Origin: Nemertoderma westbladi
Taxonomy: Eukaryota > Animalia > Xenacoelomorpha
Assembly (NCBI GenBank): GCA_032718475.1
Contig: JAUCBJ010001864.1
Coordinates: 62,001 to 126,000, forward strand
DNA length: 64,000 nt
Direction: 5' to 3'
Made by a program: the position numbers and the translations under genes. A model generated the notes under the pieces. The model saw only the letters and a list, made by a program, of their open reading frames with translations, was not told where the DNA came from and searched no databases. Below are positions 1 to 12,200 of this stretch, piece after piece (the first letter of the stretch is position 1; each line of letters starts with the position of its first letter).

Positions 1-3000
1 GAGTTGGGAACTCTAGCGAGCCAGAATATACTGGTGGGTACAAGGGAGGCGGGGTAGCCAATTGGTAGAGCTGGGAACTCTAGCGAGGCTGAATATACCG
101 GTGGGTACAAGGGAGGCGGGGTAGCCAGTTGGTAGAGCTGTGAACTCTAGCGAGGCTGAATATACTGGTGAGTACAAGGGAGGCGGGGTAGCCAGTTGGT
201 AGAGCTGGGAACTCTAGCGAGGCTGAATATACTGGTGGGTACAAGGGAGGCGGGGTAGCCAGTTGGTAGAGCTGGGAACTCTAGCGAGTCTGGATATACT
301 CGTGGGTACAAGGGAGGCGGGGTAGCCAGTTGGTAGAGCTGGGAACTCTAGCGAGCCAGAATATACTGGTGGGTACAAGGGAGGCGGGGTAGCCAGTTGG
401 TAGAGCTGGGAACTCTAGCGAGGCTGAATATACTGGTGGGTACAAGGGAGGCGGGGTAGCCAGTTGGTAGAGCTGGGAACTCTAGCGAGGCTGAATATAC
501 TGGTGGGTACAAGGGAGGCGGGGTAGCCAGTTGGTAGAGCTGGGAACTCTAGCGAGGCTGAATATACTGGTGGGTACAAGGGAGGCGGGGTAGCCAGTTG
601 GTAGAGCTGGGAACTCTAGCGAGGCTGAATATACTGGTGGGTACAAGGGAGGCGTGGTAGCCAGTTGGTAGAGCTGGGAACTCTAGCGAGTCTGGATATA
701 CTGGTGGGTACAAGGGAGGCGGGGTAGCCAGTTGGTAGAGCTGGGAACTCTAGCGAGACTGAATATACTGGTGGGTACAAGGGAGGCGGGGTAGCCAGTT
801 GGTAGAGCTGGGAACTCTAGCGAGGCTGAATATACTGGTGGGTACAAGGGAGGCGGGGTAGCCAGTTGGTAGAGCTGGGAACTCTAGCGAGGCTAAATAT
901 ACTGGTGGGTACAAGGGAGGCGTGGTAGCCAGTTGGTAGAGCTGGGAACTCTAGCGAGGCTGAATATACTGGTGGGTACAAGGGAGGCGGGGTAGCCAGT
1001 TGGTAGAGCTGGGAACTCTAGCGAGCCTGAATATACTGGTGGGTACAAGGGAGGCGGGGTAGCCAGTTGGTAGAGCTGGGAACTCTAGCGAGGCTGAATA
1101 TACTGGTGGGTACAAGGGAGGCGGGGTAGCCAGTTGGTAGAGCTGGGAACTCTAGCGAGGCTGAATATACTGGTGGGTACAATAAGGGAGGCGGGGTAGC
1201 CAGTTGGTAGAGCTGGGAACTCAGCGAGTCTGAATATACTGGTGGGTACAAGGGAGGCGGGGTAACCAGTTGGTAGAGCTGGGAACTCAGCGAGTCTGAA
1301 TATACTGGTGGGTACAAGGGAGGCGGGGTAACCAGTTGGTAGAGCTGGGAACTCTAGCGAGGCTGAATATACTGGTGGGTACAAGGGAGGCGGGGTAGCC
1401 AGTTGGTAGAGCTGGGAACTCTAGCGAGCCAGAATATACTGGTGGGTACAAGGGAGGCGGGGTAGCCAGTTGGTAGAGCTGGGAACTCTAGCGAGCCAGA
1501 ATATACTGGTGGGTACAAGGAAGAGGTGGGGTAGCCAGTTGGTAGAGCTGGGAACTCTAGCGAGCCAGAATATACTTGTGGGTACAAGGGAGGCGGGGTA
1601 GCCAGTTGGTAGAGCTGGGAACTCTAGCGAGTCTGAATATACTGGTGGGTACAAGGGAAGCGGGGTAGCCAGTTGGTAGAGCTGGGAACTCTAGCGAGCC
1701 AGAATATACTGGTGGGTACAAGGGAGGCGGGGTAGCCAGTTGGTAGAGCTGGGAACTCTAGCGAGCCAGAATATACTGGTGGGTACAAGGGAAGCGGGGT
1801 AGCCAGTTGGTAGAGCTGGGAACTCTAGCGAGGCTGAATATACTGGTGGGTACAAGGGAAGCGGGGTAGCCAGTTGGTAGAGCTGGGAACTCTAGCGAGT
1901 CTGGATATACTGGTGGGTACAAGGGAGGCGGGGTAGCCAGTTGGTAGAGCTGGGAACTCTAGCGAGCCAGAATATACTGGTGGGTACAAGGGAGGCGGGG
2001 TAGCCAGTTGGTAGAGCTGGGAACTCTAGCGAGGCTGAATATACTGGTGGGTACAAGGGATGCGGGGTAGCCAGTTGGTAGAGCTGGGAACTCTAGCGAG
2101 GCTGAATATACTGGTGGGTACAAGGGAGGCGTGGTAGCCAGTTGGTAGAGCTGGGAACTCTAGCGAGGCTGAATATACTGGTGGGTACAAGGGAGGCGGG
2201 GTAGCCAGTTGGTAGAGCTGGGAACTCTAGCGAGGCTGAATATACTGGTGGGTACAAGGGAGGCGTGGTAGCCAGTTGGTAGAGCTGGGAACTCTAGCGA
2301 GGCTGAATATACTGGTGGGTACAAGGGAGGCGTGGTAGCCAGTTGGTAGAGCTGGGAACTCTAGCGAGGCTGAATATACTGGTGGGTACAAGGGAGGCGG
2401 GGTAGCCAGTTGGTAGAGCTGGGAACTCTAGCGAGGCTGAATATACTGGTGGGTACAAGGGAGGCGGGGTAGCCAGTTGGTAGAGCTGGGAACTCTAGCG
2501 AGACTGAATATGCTGGTGGGTACAAGGGAGGCGGGGTAGCCAGTTGGTAGAGCTGGGAACTCTAGCGAGGCTGAATATACTGGTGGGTACAAGGGAGGCG
2601 GGGTAGCCAGTTGGTAGAGCTGGGAACTCTAGCGAGGCTAAATATACTGGTGGGTACAAGGGAGGCGTGGTAGCCAGTTGGTAGAGCTGGGAACTCTAGC
2701 GAGGCTGAATATACTGGTGGGTACAAGGGAGGCGGGGTAGCCAGTTGGTAGAGCTGGGAACTCTAGCGAGCCTGAATATACTGGTGGGTACAAGGGAGGC
2801 GGGGTAGCCAGTTGTTAGAGCTGGGAACTCTAGCGAGGCTGAATATACTGGTGGGTACAAGGGAGGCGGGGTAGCCAGTTGGTAGAGCTGGGAACTCTAG
2901 CGAGGCTGAATATACTGGTGGGTACAATAAGGGAGGCGGGGTAGCCAGTTGGTAGAGCTGGGAACTCAGCGAGTCTGAATATACTGGTGGGTACAAGGGA

Positions 3001-3258
3001 GGCGGGGTAACCAGTTGGTAGAGCTGGGAACTCAGCGAGTCTGAATATACTGGTGGGTACAAGGGAGGCGGGGTAACCAGTTGGTAGAGCTGGGAACTCT
3101 AGCGAGGCTGAATATACTGGTGGGTACAAGGGAGGCGGGGTAGCCAGTTGGTAGAGCTGGGAACTCTAGCGGGTCTGGATATACTGGTGGGTACAAGGAA
3201 GAGGTGGGGTAGCCAGTTGGTAGAGCTGGGAACTCTAGCGAGGCTGAATATTCTGGTG
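1..3258. repeat. 67-bp tandem satellite (about 48 copies in window) in an ENOX intron, G-rich on + strand
   Basis: Unit GGAACTCTAGCGAGGCTGAATATACTGGTGGGTACAAGGGAGGCGGGGTAGCCAGTTGGTAGAGCTG with 67-bp period; ends about 30 bp before the splice acceptor at 3289; runs off the left edge. Confidence 0.97.
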
Positions 3259-3289
3259 TCGCTCGATTCATGACATTATATATTTACAG

Positions 3290-3632
3290 GTCGTATCCAC
3301 GTAGACTACGCTGAAGCGAGAAACGACCAAGCGGAATGGGAGATGATGCATCGACAACAACGCGAGATGGAGGAGGCACTGCGGCCCCCCTCGCCTCCTC
3401 GGATGGGGGGCTACAGCGACCGGGAGGCTGTCGATGTGTGCGACCGACTAAAGTCGGAGGAGACCTTCCCGGAAGCGGTCCGCTACCTCATACACTGGCT
3501 GGAGAAGGGCGAAGTCAATCACTTCACCAACGCCAGGTTCTACTCCATGATCCAATCGGCTGCCAGCCAGGCGAGACGGATAGTGGAGGCCAAGGAGGGG
3601 TTGTGTCGGGATCTGGATGAGATCAAACAGAG
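3290..3632 (+). CDS. ENOX: ENOX (ecto-NOX disulfide-thiol exchanger 1/2-like) internal coding exon
   Basis: tttacAG acceptor and GTaggc donor; translates GRIHVDYAEARND..LRPPSPP..HWLEKGEVN..FYSMIQSA, matching the ENOX GRLHVDFAQARDD/RPPSPP/WIERGEVN/FYSMIQSAN motifs. Upstream RRM exons are outside the window. Confidence 0.92.
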
Positions 3633-3785
3633 GTAGGCGGGGGGGGGGGGGGATTGGTGTCCACTATTACAGTGTATACCCAGAGTGATCTTAATTTCTT
3701 GTGAATCAAATGTTAAAATGGTATGAGGGCGTTTCATAAAAAAAATACCTGTCGCGATGGTATTTTTTTAATTATATTTAATTAA

Positions 3786-4230
3786 CAGGGTTGCCACTCA
3801 CCTGGAAAACCAGGAATAGTCAGGGAATTTCATTTTTTCTTGAAATGTCAGGGAATTCATGTAAAAAATTGACAAATCAGGGAAAAGTCAGGGAAAGTGA
3901 TATATGGCACATAACACTTTTAAGGAATTAAATATCAAAGATTTTGGTAAAAGTTTGAAGATTTGAAGCTATAAGAAGATTTCTGTCATCCAAGTATCGT
4001 ACGGAAGCTAATTCTTAGCTCTTTTACATATACAAGACAAGTTTCATAAGCAAAAATGTGTAAAATAATCGCTTAACTCGTAATATTGTATGGAATATAA
4101 TAAAGCGGGCAATATTATACTATTATCAATATATTCTATAAAAATGCTGTGTACCTACAGCCAGGGAATTCTTTCAAAAATTCAGGGAAATATCAGGGAA
4201 AAGTTGAAACAGAACTAGAGTGGCAACCTG
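3786..4230. mobile_element. Non-autonomous TIR element (MITE) in ENOX intron
   Basis: Ends CAGGGTTGCCACTC ... GAGTGGCAACCTG; ATTAA on both flanks (3781-85, 4231-35); internal repeated TCAGGGAA motifs. Confidence 0.7.
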
Positions 4231-4414
4231 ATTAATATAATTAAATTGCACTAAATTTATGTAGTTATTGGCAGGGCGGACATGAATTAATAGCAATAAA
4301 AAATAATAATAACTACAAATGACATTTCATTCGAGATCAGTGGATTTTTTAGTAATGAATTGATGTTTAGCACGTTAGCTGCAGCTCTGAAACCACTGGG
4401 TTCTTTCTTCTTTG

Positions 4415-4957
4415 TAACTGCGGATTGTGCGCCGGTGCTCAACAACTTACTTTTTGTTAATTACATTTTGTGTGGATGCCTTTGGGCACGCACCGGTGCT
4501 CAAATTCACTATCATTGTATATAAAACAATGGACAGCCACCCTGGAAAAAAACCGCATCTCAATAACTCCTTCCAGGCCAGAGATAGTAGTCTGAATTTT
4601 ATCTAAATTTAATTTTTTTTAATGATTTTACGCTTACAGGATTAATAATTTTCAAGATTGTATCAATAATTACCCCATCACGTTAATCAATTCGTAACTT
4701 AGCTTTGGCCACTTTCCGAATTTCAGGGGTTGCACCGGTCACAGATATCGAATATGTTAACGGCATATGTATTTGAGCACTGGTGCTCAACATATAGCCT
4801 TCGCACTAAGGGCTAGCCAAGCCAAAATAGCTCATCACCACAGGGTTGCACAATGCACAGGTTATGTTCACCGGTGCTCAATCCACAGGAAGAAGTTGAC
4901 AGGGAGTAAAACCTGCGTTAAAACACGAATTGTTACCGGTGCACAAATCCACAGCTA
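4415..4957. mobile_element. Putative MITE with imperfect TIRs
   Basis: TAACTGCGGATTGTGCGCCGGT at left resembles the reverse complement of ACCGGTGCACAAATCCACAGCTA at right; internal CACCGGTGCTCAA motif recurs. Confidence 0.45.
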
Positions 4958-5092
4958 AAGTGGTTTATTGTATAACATTTATAGTATTTTTATTTGTGCA
5001 ATGCAAACGTTGAACTTCCGAGTATTTTCGAACGGTTTTGAAAATGCGTATCATGTGTAACATATGTTGAATATTATATTGTTGCCGTTTAG

Positions 5093-5234
5093 ATTTACGC
5101 TGAAACAGATTTGGTTGGACGAGCAGCTTGAGAATATCGAGAAAGTCCTAACCACCTCGCTACAGAAGCGCTCCTGGGATCATTTCTCTAAGGCTCAACG
5201 CAAAACTATACAGTTCTGGAAGTCCCAGTTCCAG
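5093..5234 (+). CDS. ENOX: ENOX coding exon
   Basis: tttAG acceptor and GTgggt donor, phase compatible with previous exon; QKRSWDHFSKAQRKTIQFW matches ENOX QKAWDHFTKAQRKNISVW. Confidence 0.92.
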
Positions 5235-5485
5235 GTGGGTCTCCATGGATATCGGTTGATTCTCTTACGCAGTTCATTACAACAATTATAAAAAAAGTGG
5301 AGAATATTATCATTATTTATTATTTTTTTCGAATATTTGTCAGATTATTTCATTCATAATCACAATTATTTTGGCTTTTTTGTTTTGTTACTCTTTTTTT
5401 CATTACGTTATATTTTTCTTTCACTATACCCATTCCTTGATAGCAACTGAAACTTCACCCTTGGTCTTTGATTGTGTTCCCATAG

Positions 5486-5767
5486 CAACTGAAGCTGACC
5501 CTCCCGCAGTACATCCAATCAGTGGTCGATCAACCCGACGACATAAAGACCCTCGATATGGACGTCCAAGATTCGGAAGACGAAGATAAACCCGTCGTTA
5601 AGAAAGTTAAACCGAGCGGCGCAGACGAGCTAGCAGCGGTGTCTACGGGGGGGAAGCAGGTTACAGACTTCCTCGAGTACCGTGTGCTGCAGAGTAAGCA
5701 CGCGGAACTGCAGACACGGTTGGAGGTTGTTAATAATGAGGTTGAGCTACTGAAACAGGAGAACACC
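5486..5767 (+). CDS. ENOX: ENOX coding exon (acidic / coiled-coil region)
   Basis: cccatAG acceptor and GTgagt donor, phase 0, open frame QLKLTLPQ..DMDVQDSEDED..NEVELLKQENT. Confidence 0.85.
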
Positions 5768-6270
5768 GTGAGTGATTTAGTCTTATAATCTACAGTTTAG
5801 TATTCTAGAAAGTAATACATCACGATCTAAATTTGTTTTGGTAGGGATCTATTAGATCCCGTGTGAATAAACACTGGTAGGGAGGGGGTTTCCAGTATTT
5901 TGTATCAGTTTACCACTTAGTTTGCAGTTTGTCTTTGTATTTGAAAGGTTTCAATTCCGGTTTTCTTCTTTATATTTTATTTTTTTGTGAATTTAAATGG
6001 CCATAATGAAATGCGTTAATGATGGTTGATGCATAATATTATAAATATAATTAATTTATAATTATTATAATTAATATAATCAATATCGTTAATCGTTAAT
6101 TATTAATATAATTTTAGAATAATATTCTCGCAATAAACTTAATTATATTTATAATTATTTAATTTATTTAATGGCCGTGTAAAGCGGGGTAATTTCAATT
6201 GTAGTGACCAAGTATATTTTACCATATCATATAAAGATACCTTAACGTAACGTAATAACATCCTTGGGAG

Positions 6271-9200
6271 TGACTTTATGTGACATAATTGTGACGATAT
6301 AGGCGGGGATTGGGTTCGACTTTATGTGACATAATCGTGTCGATATAGGCGGGGATTGGGTTCGACTTTATGTGACATAATCGTGGCGATATAGGCGGGG
6401 ATTGGGTTCGACTTTATGTGACATAATCGTGACGATATAGGCGGGGATTGGGTTCGACTTTATGCGACACAATCGTGGCGATATAGGCGGGGATTGGGTT
6501 CGACTTTATGTGACATAATCGTGGCGATATAGGCGGGGATTGGGTTCGACTTTATGTGACATAATCGTGTCGATATAGGCGGGGATTGGGTTCGACTTTA
6601 TGTGACATAATCGTGGCGATATAGGCGGGGATTGGGTTCGACTTTATGTGACATAATCGTGGCGATATAGGCGGGGATTGGGTTCGACTTTATGTGACAT
6701 AATCGTGACGATATAGGCGGGGATTGGGTTCGACTTTATGTGACATAATCGTGGCGATATAGGCGGGGATTGGGTTCGACTTTATGTGACATAATTGTGA
6801 CGATATAGGCGGGGATTGGGTTCGACTTTATGTGACATAATCGTGTCGATATAGGCGGGGATTGGGTTCGACTTTATGTGACATAATCGTGGCGATATAG
6901 GCGGGGATTGGGTTCGACTTTATGTGACATAATCGTGTCGATATAGGCGGGGATTGGGTTCGACTTTATGTGACATAATCGTGGCGATATAGGCGGGGAT
7001 TGGGTTCGACTTTATGTGACATAATCGTGGCGATATAGGCGGGGATTGGGTTCGACTTTATGTGACATAATCGTGGCGATATAGGCGGGGATTGGGTTCG
7101 ACTTTATGTGACATAATCGTGGCGATATAGGCGGGGATTGGGTTCGACTTTATGCGACACAATCGTGGCGATATAGGCGGGGATTGGGTTCGACTTTATG
7201 TGACATAATCGTGACGATATAGGCGGGGATTGGGTTCGACTTTATGTGACATAATCGTGGCGATATAGGCGGGGATTGGGTTCGACTTTATGTGACATAA
7301 TCGTGGCGATATAGGCGGGGATTTGGTTCGACTTTATGTGACATAATCGTGGCGATATAGGCGGGGATTGGGTTCGTCTTTATGTGACATAATCGTGGCG
7401 ATATAGGCGGGGATTGGGTTCGACTTTATGTGACATAATCGTGGCGATATAGGCGGGGATTGGGTTCGACTTTATGCGACATAATCGTGGCGATATAGGC
7501 GGGGATTGGGTTCGACTTTATGTGACATAATCGTGGCGATATAGGCGGGGATTGGGTTCGACTTTATGTGACATAATCGTGGCGATATAGGCGGGGATTT
7601 GGTTCGACTTTATGTGACATAATCGTGGCGATATAGGCGGGGATTGGGTTCGACTTTATGTGACATAATCGTGGCGATATAGGCGGGGATTGGGTTCGAC
7701 TTTATGTGACATAATCGTGGCGATATAGGCGGGGATTGGGTTCGACTTTATGTGACATAATCGTGGCGATATAGGCGGGGATTGGGTTCGACTTTATGTG
7801 ACATAATCGTGGCGATATAGGCGGGGATTTGGTTCGACATTATGTGAAATAATCGTGGCGATATAGGCGGGGATTGGGTTCGACTTTATGTGACATAATC
7901 GTGACGATATAGGCGGGGATTGGGTTCGACTTTATGTGACATAATCGTGGCGATATAGGCGGGGATTTGGTTCGACATTATGTGAAATAATCGTGGCGAT
8001 ATAGGCGGGGATTGGGTTCGACTTTATGTGACATAATCGTGACGATATAGGCGGGGATTGGGTTCGACTTTATGTGACATAATCGTGGCGATATAGGCGG
8101 GGATTGGGTTCGACTTTATGTGACATAATCGTAGCGATATAGGCGGGGATTGGGTTCGTCTTTATGTGACATAATCGTGGCGATATAGGCGGGGATTGGG
8201 TTCGACTTTATGTGACATAATCGTGGCGATATAGGCGGGGATTGGGTTCGACTTTATGTGACATAATCGTGGCGATATAGGCGGGGATTGGGTTCGACTT
8301 TATGTGACATAATCGTGTCGATATAGGCGGGGATTGGGTTCGACTTTATGCGACACAATCGTGGCGATATAGGCGGGGATTGGGTTCGACTTTATGTGAC
8401 ATAATCGTGGCGATATAGGCGGGGATTGGGTTCGACTTTATGTGACATAATCGTGGCGATATAGGCGGGGATTGGGTTCGACTTCATGTGACACAATCGT
8501 GACGACATAGGCGGGGATTGGGTTCGACTTTATGTGACATAATCGTGGCGATATAGGCGGGGATTGGGTTCGACTTTATGTGACATAATCGTGGCGATAT
8601 AGGCGGGGATTGGGTTCGACTTCATGTGACACAATCGTGACGACATAGGCGGGGATTGGGTTCGACTTTATGTGACATAATCGTGGCGATATAGGCGGGG
8701 ATTGGGTTCGTCTTTATGTGACATAATCGTGGCGATATAGGCGGGGATTGGGTTCGACTTTATGTGACATAATCGTGGCGATATAGGCGGGGATTGGGTT
8801 CGACTTTATGTGACATAATCGTGTCGATATAGGCGGGGATTGGGTTCGACTTTATGTGACATAATCGTGGCGATATAGGCGGGGATTGGGTTCGACTTTA
8901 TGTGACATAATCGTGTCGATATAGGCGGGGATTGGGTTCGACTTCATGTGACACAATCGTGACGACATAGGCGGGGATTGGGTTCGTCTTTATGTGACAT
9001 AATCGTGACGATATAGGCGGGGATTGGGTTCGTCTTTATGTGACATAATCGTGGCGATATAGGCGGGGATTGGGTTCGTCTTTATGTGACATAATCGTGA
9101 CGATATAGGCGGGGATTGGGTTCGTCTTTATGTGACATAATCGTGGCGATATAGGCGGGGATTGGGTTCGACTTTATGTGACATAATCGTGTCGATATAG

Positions 9201-12200
9201 GCGGGGATTGGGTTCGACTTTATGTGACATAATCGTGGCGATATAGGCGGGGATTGGGTTCGACTTTATGTGACATAATCGTGGCGATATAGGCGGGGAT
9301 TGGGTTCGACTTTATGTGACATAATCGTGGCGATATAGGCGGGGATTGGGTTCGACTTTATGTGACATAATCGTGTCGATATAGGCGGGGATTGGGTTCG
9401 ACTTCATGTGACACAATCGTGACGACATAGGCGGGGATTGGGTTCGTCTTTATGTGACATAATCGTGGCGATATAGGCGGGGATTGGGTTCGACTTTATG
9501 TGACATAATCGTGGCGATATAGGCGGGGATTGGGTTCGACTTTATGTGACATAATCGTGGCGATATAGGCGGGGATTGGGTTCGACTTTATGTGACATAA
9601 TCGTGTCGATATAGGCGGGGATTGGGTTCGACTTCATGTGACACAATCGTGACGACATAGGCGGGGATTGGGTTCGTCTTTATGTGACATAATCGTGACG
9701 ATATAGGCGGGGATTGGGTTCGTCTTTATGTGACATAATCGTGGCGATATAGGCGGGGATTGGGTTCGTCTTTATGTGACATAATCGTGACGATATAGGC
9801 GGGGATTGGGTTCGTCTTTATGTGACATAATCGTGACGATATAGGCGGGGATTGGGTTCGACTTTATGTGACATAATCGTGGCGATATAGGCGGGGATTG
9901 GGTTCGACTTTATGTGACATAATCGTGTCGATATAGGCGGGGATTGGGTTCGACTTCATGTGACACAATCGTGACGACATAGGCGGGGATTGGGTTCGTC
10001 TTTATGTGACATAATCGTGACGATATAGGCGGGGATTGGGTTCGACTTCATGTGACACAATCGTGACGACATAGGCGGGGATTGGGTTCGTCTTTATGTG
10101 ACATAATCGTGACGATATAGGCGGGGATTGGGTTCGTCTTTATGTGACATAATCGTGACGATATAGGCGGGGATTGGGTTCGACTTTATGTGACATAATC
10201 GTGGCGATATAGGCGGGGATTGGGTTCGACTTTATGTGACATAATCGTGTCGATATAGGCGGGGATTGGGTTCGACTTTATGTGACATAATCGTGGCGAT
10301 ATAGGCGGGGATTGGGTTCGACTTTATGTGACATAATCGTGGCGATATAGGCGGGGATTGGGTTCGACTTTATGTGACATAATCGTGTCGATATAGGCGG
10401 GGATTGGGTTCGTCTTTATGTGACATAATCGTGTCGATATAGGCGGGGATTGGGTTCGACTTTATGTGACATAATCGTGGCGATATAGGCGGGGATTGGG
10501 TTCGACATTATGTGACATAATCGTGGCGATATAGGCGGGGATTGGGTTCGTCTTTATGTGACATAATCGTGACGATATAGGCGGGGATTGGGTTCGACTT
10601 TATGTGACATAATCGTGTCGATATAGGCGGGGATTGGGTTCGACTTTATGTGACATAATCGTGGCGATATAGGCGGGGATTGGGTTCGACTTTATGTGAC
10701 ATAATCGTGGCGATATAGGCGGGGATTGGGTTCGACTTTATGTGACATAATCGTGTCGATATAGGCGGGGATTTGGTTCGTCTTTATGTGACATAATCGT
10801 GGCGATATAGGCGGGGATTGGGTTCGACTTTATGTGACATAATCGTGTCGATATAGGCGGGGATTGGGTTCGACTTCATGTGACACAATCGTGACGACAT
10901 AGGCGGGGATTGGGTTCGTCTTTATGTGACATAATCGTGACGATATAGGCGGGGATTGGGTTCGTCTTTATGTGACATAATCGTGGCGATATAGGCGGGG
11001 ATTGGGTTCGTCTTTATGTGACATAATCGTGACGATATAGGCGGGGATTGGGTTCGTCTTTATGTGACATAATCGTGGCGATATAGGCGGGGATTGGGTT
11101 CGACTTTATGTGACATAATCGTGTCGATATAGGCGGGGATTGGGTTCGACTTTATGTGACATAATCGTGGCGATATAGGCGGGGATTGGGTTCGACTTTA
11201 TGTGACATAATCGTGGCGATATAGGCGGGGATTGGGTTCGACTTTATGTGACATAATCGTGGCGATATAGGCGGGGATTGGGTTCGACTTTATGTGACAT
11301 AATCGTGTCGATATAGGCGGGGATTGGGTTCGACTTCATGTGACACAATCGTGACGACATAGGCGGGGATTGGGTTCGTCTTTATGTGACATAATCGTGG
11401 CGATATAGGCGGGGATTGGGTTCGACTTTATGTGACATAATCGTGGCGATATAGGCGGGGATTGGGTTCGACTTTATGTGACATAATCGTGGCGATATAG
11501 GCGGGGATTGGGTTCGACTTTATGTGACATAATCGTGTCGATATAGGCGGGGATTGGGTTCGACTTCATGTGACACAATCGTGACGACATAGGCGGGGAT
11601 TGGGTTCGTCTTTATGTGACATAATCGTGACGATATAGGCGGGGATTGGGTTCGTCTTTATGTGACATAATCGTGGCGATATAGGCGGGGATTGGGTTCG
11701 TCTTTATGTGACATAATCGTGACGATATAGGCGGGGATTGGGTTCGTCTTTATGTGACATAATCGTGACGATATAGGCGGGGATTGGGTTCGACTTTATG
11801 TGACATAATCGTGGCGATATAGGCGGGGATTGGGTTCGACTTTATGTGACATAATCGTGTCGATATAGGCGGGGATTGGGTTCGACTTCATGTGACACAA
11901 TCGTGACGACATAGGCGGGGATTGGGTTCGTCTTTATGTGACATAATCGTGACGATATAGGCGGGGATTGGGTTCGACTTCATGTGACACAATCGTGACG
12001 ACATAGGCGGGGATTGGGTTCGTCTTTATGTGACATAATCGTGACGATATAGGCGGGGATTGGGTTCGTCTTTATGTGACATAATCGTGACGATATAGGC
12101 GGGGATTGGGTTCGACTTTATGTGACATAATCGTGGCGATATAGGCGGGGATTGGGTTCGACTTTATGTGACATAATCGTGTCGATATAGGCGGGGATTG

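Noticed and set aside
1018-3271. Repetitive 77-99 aa ORFs on the minus strand
   Set aside because: Translations of the 67-bp satellite, whose period is not a multiple of 3; intronic.
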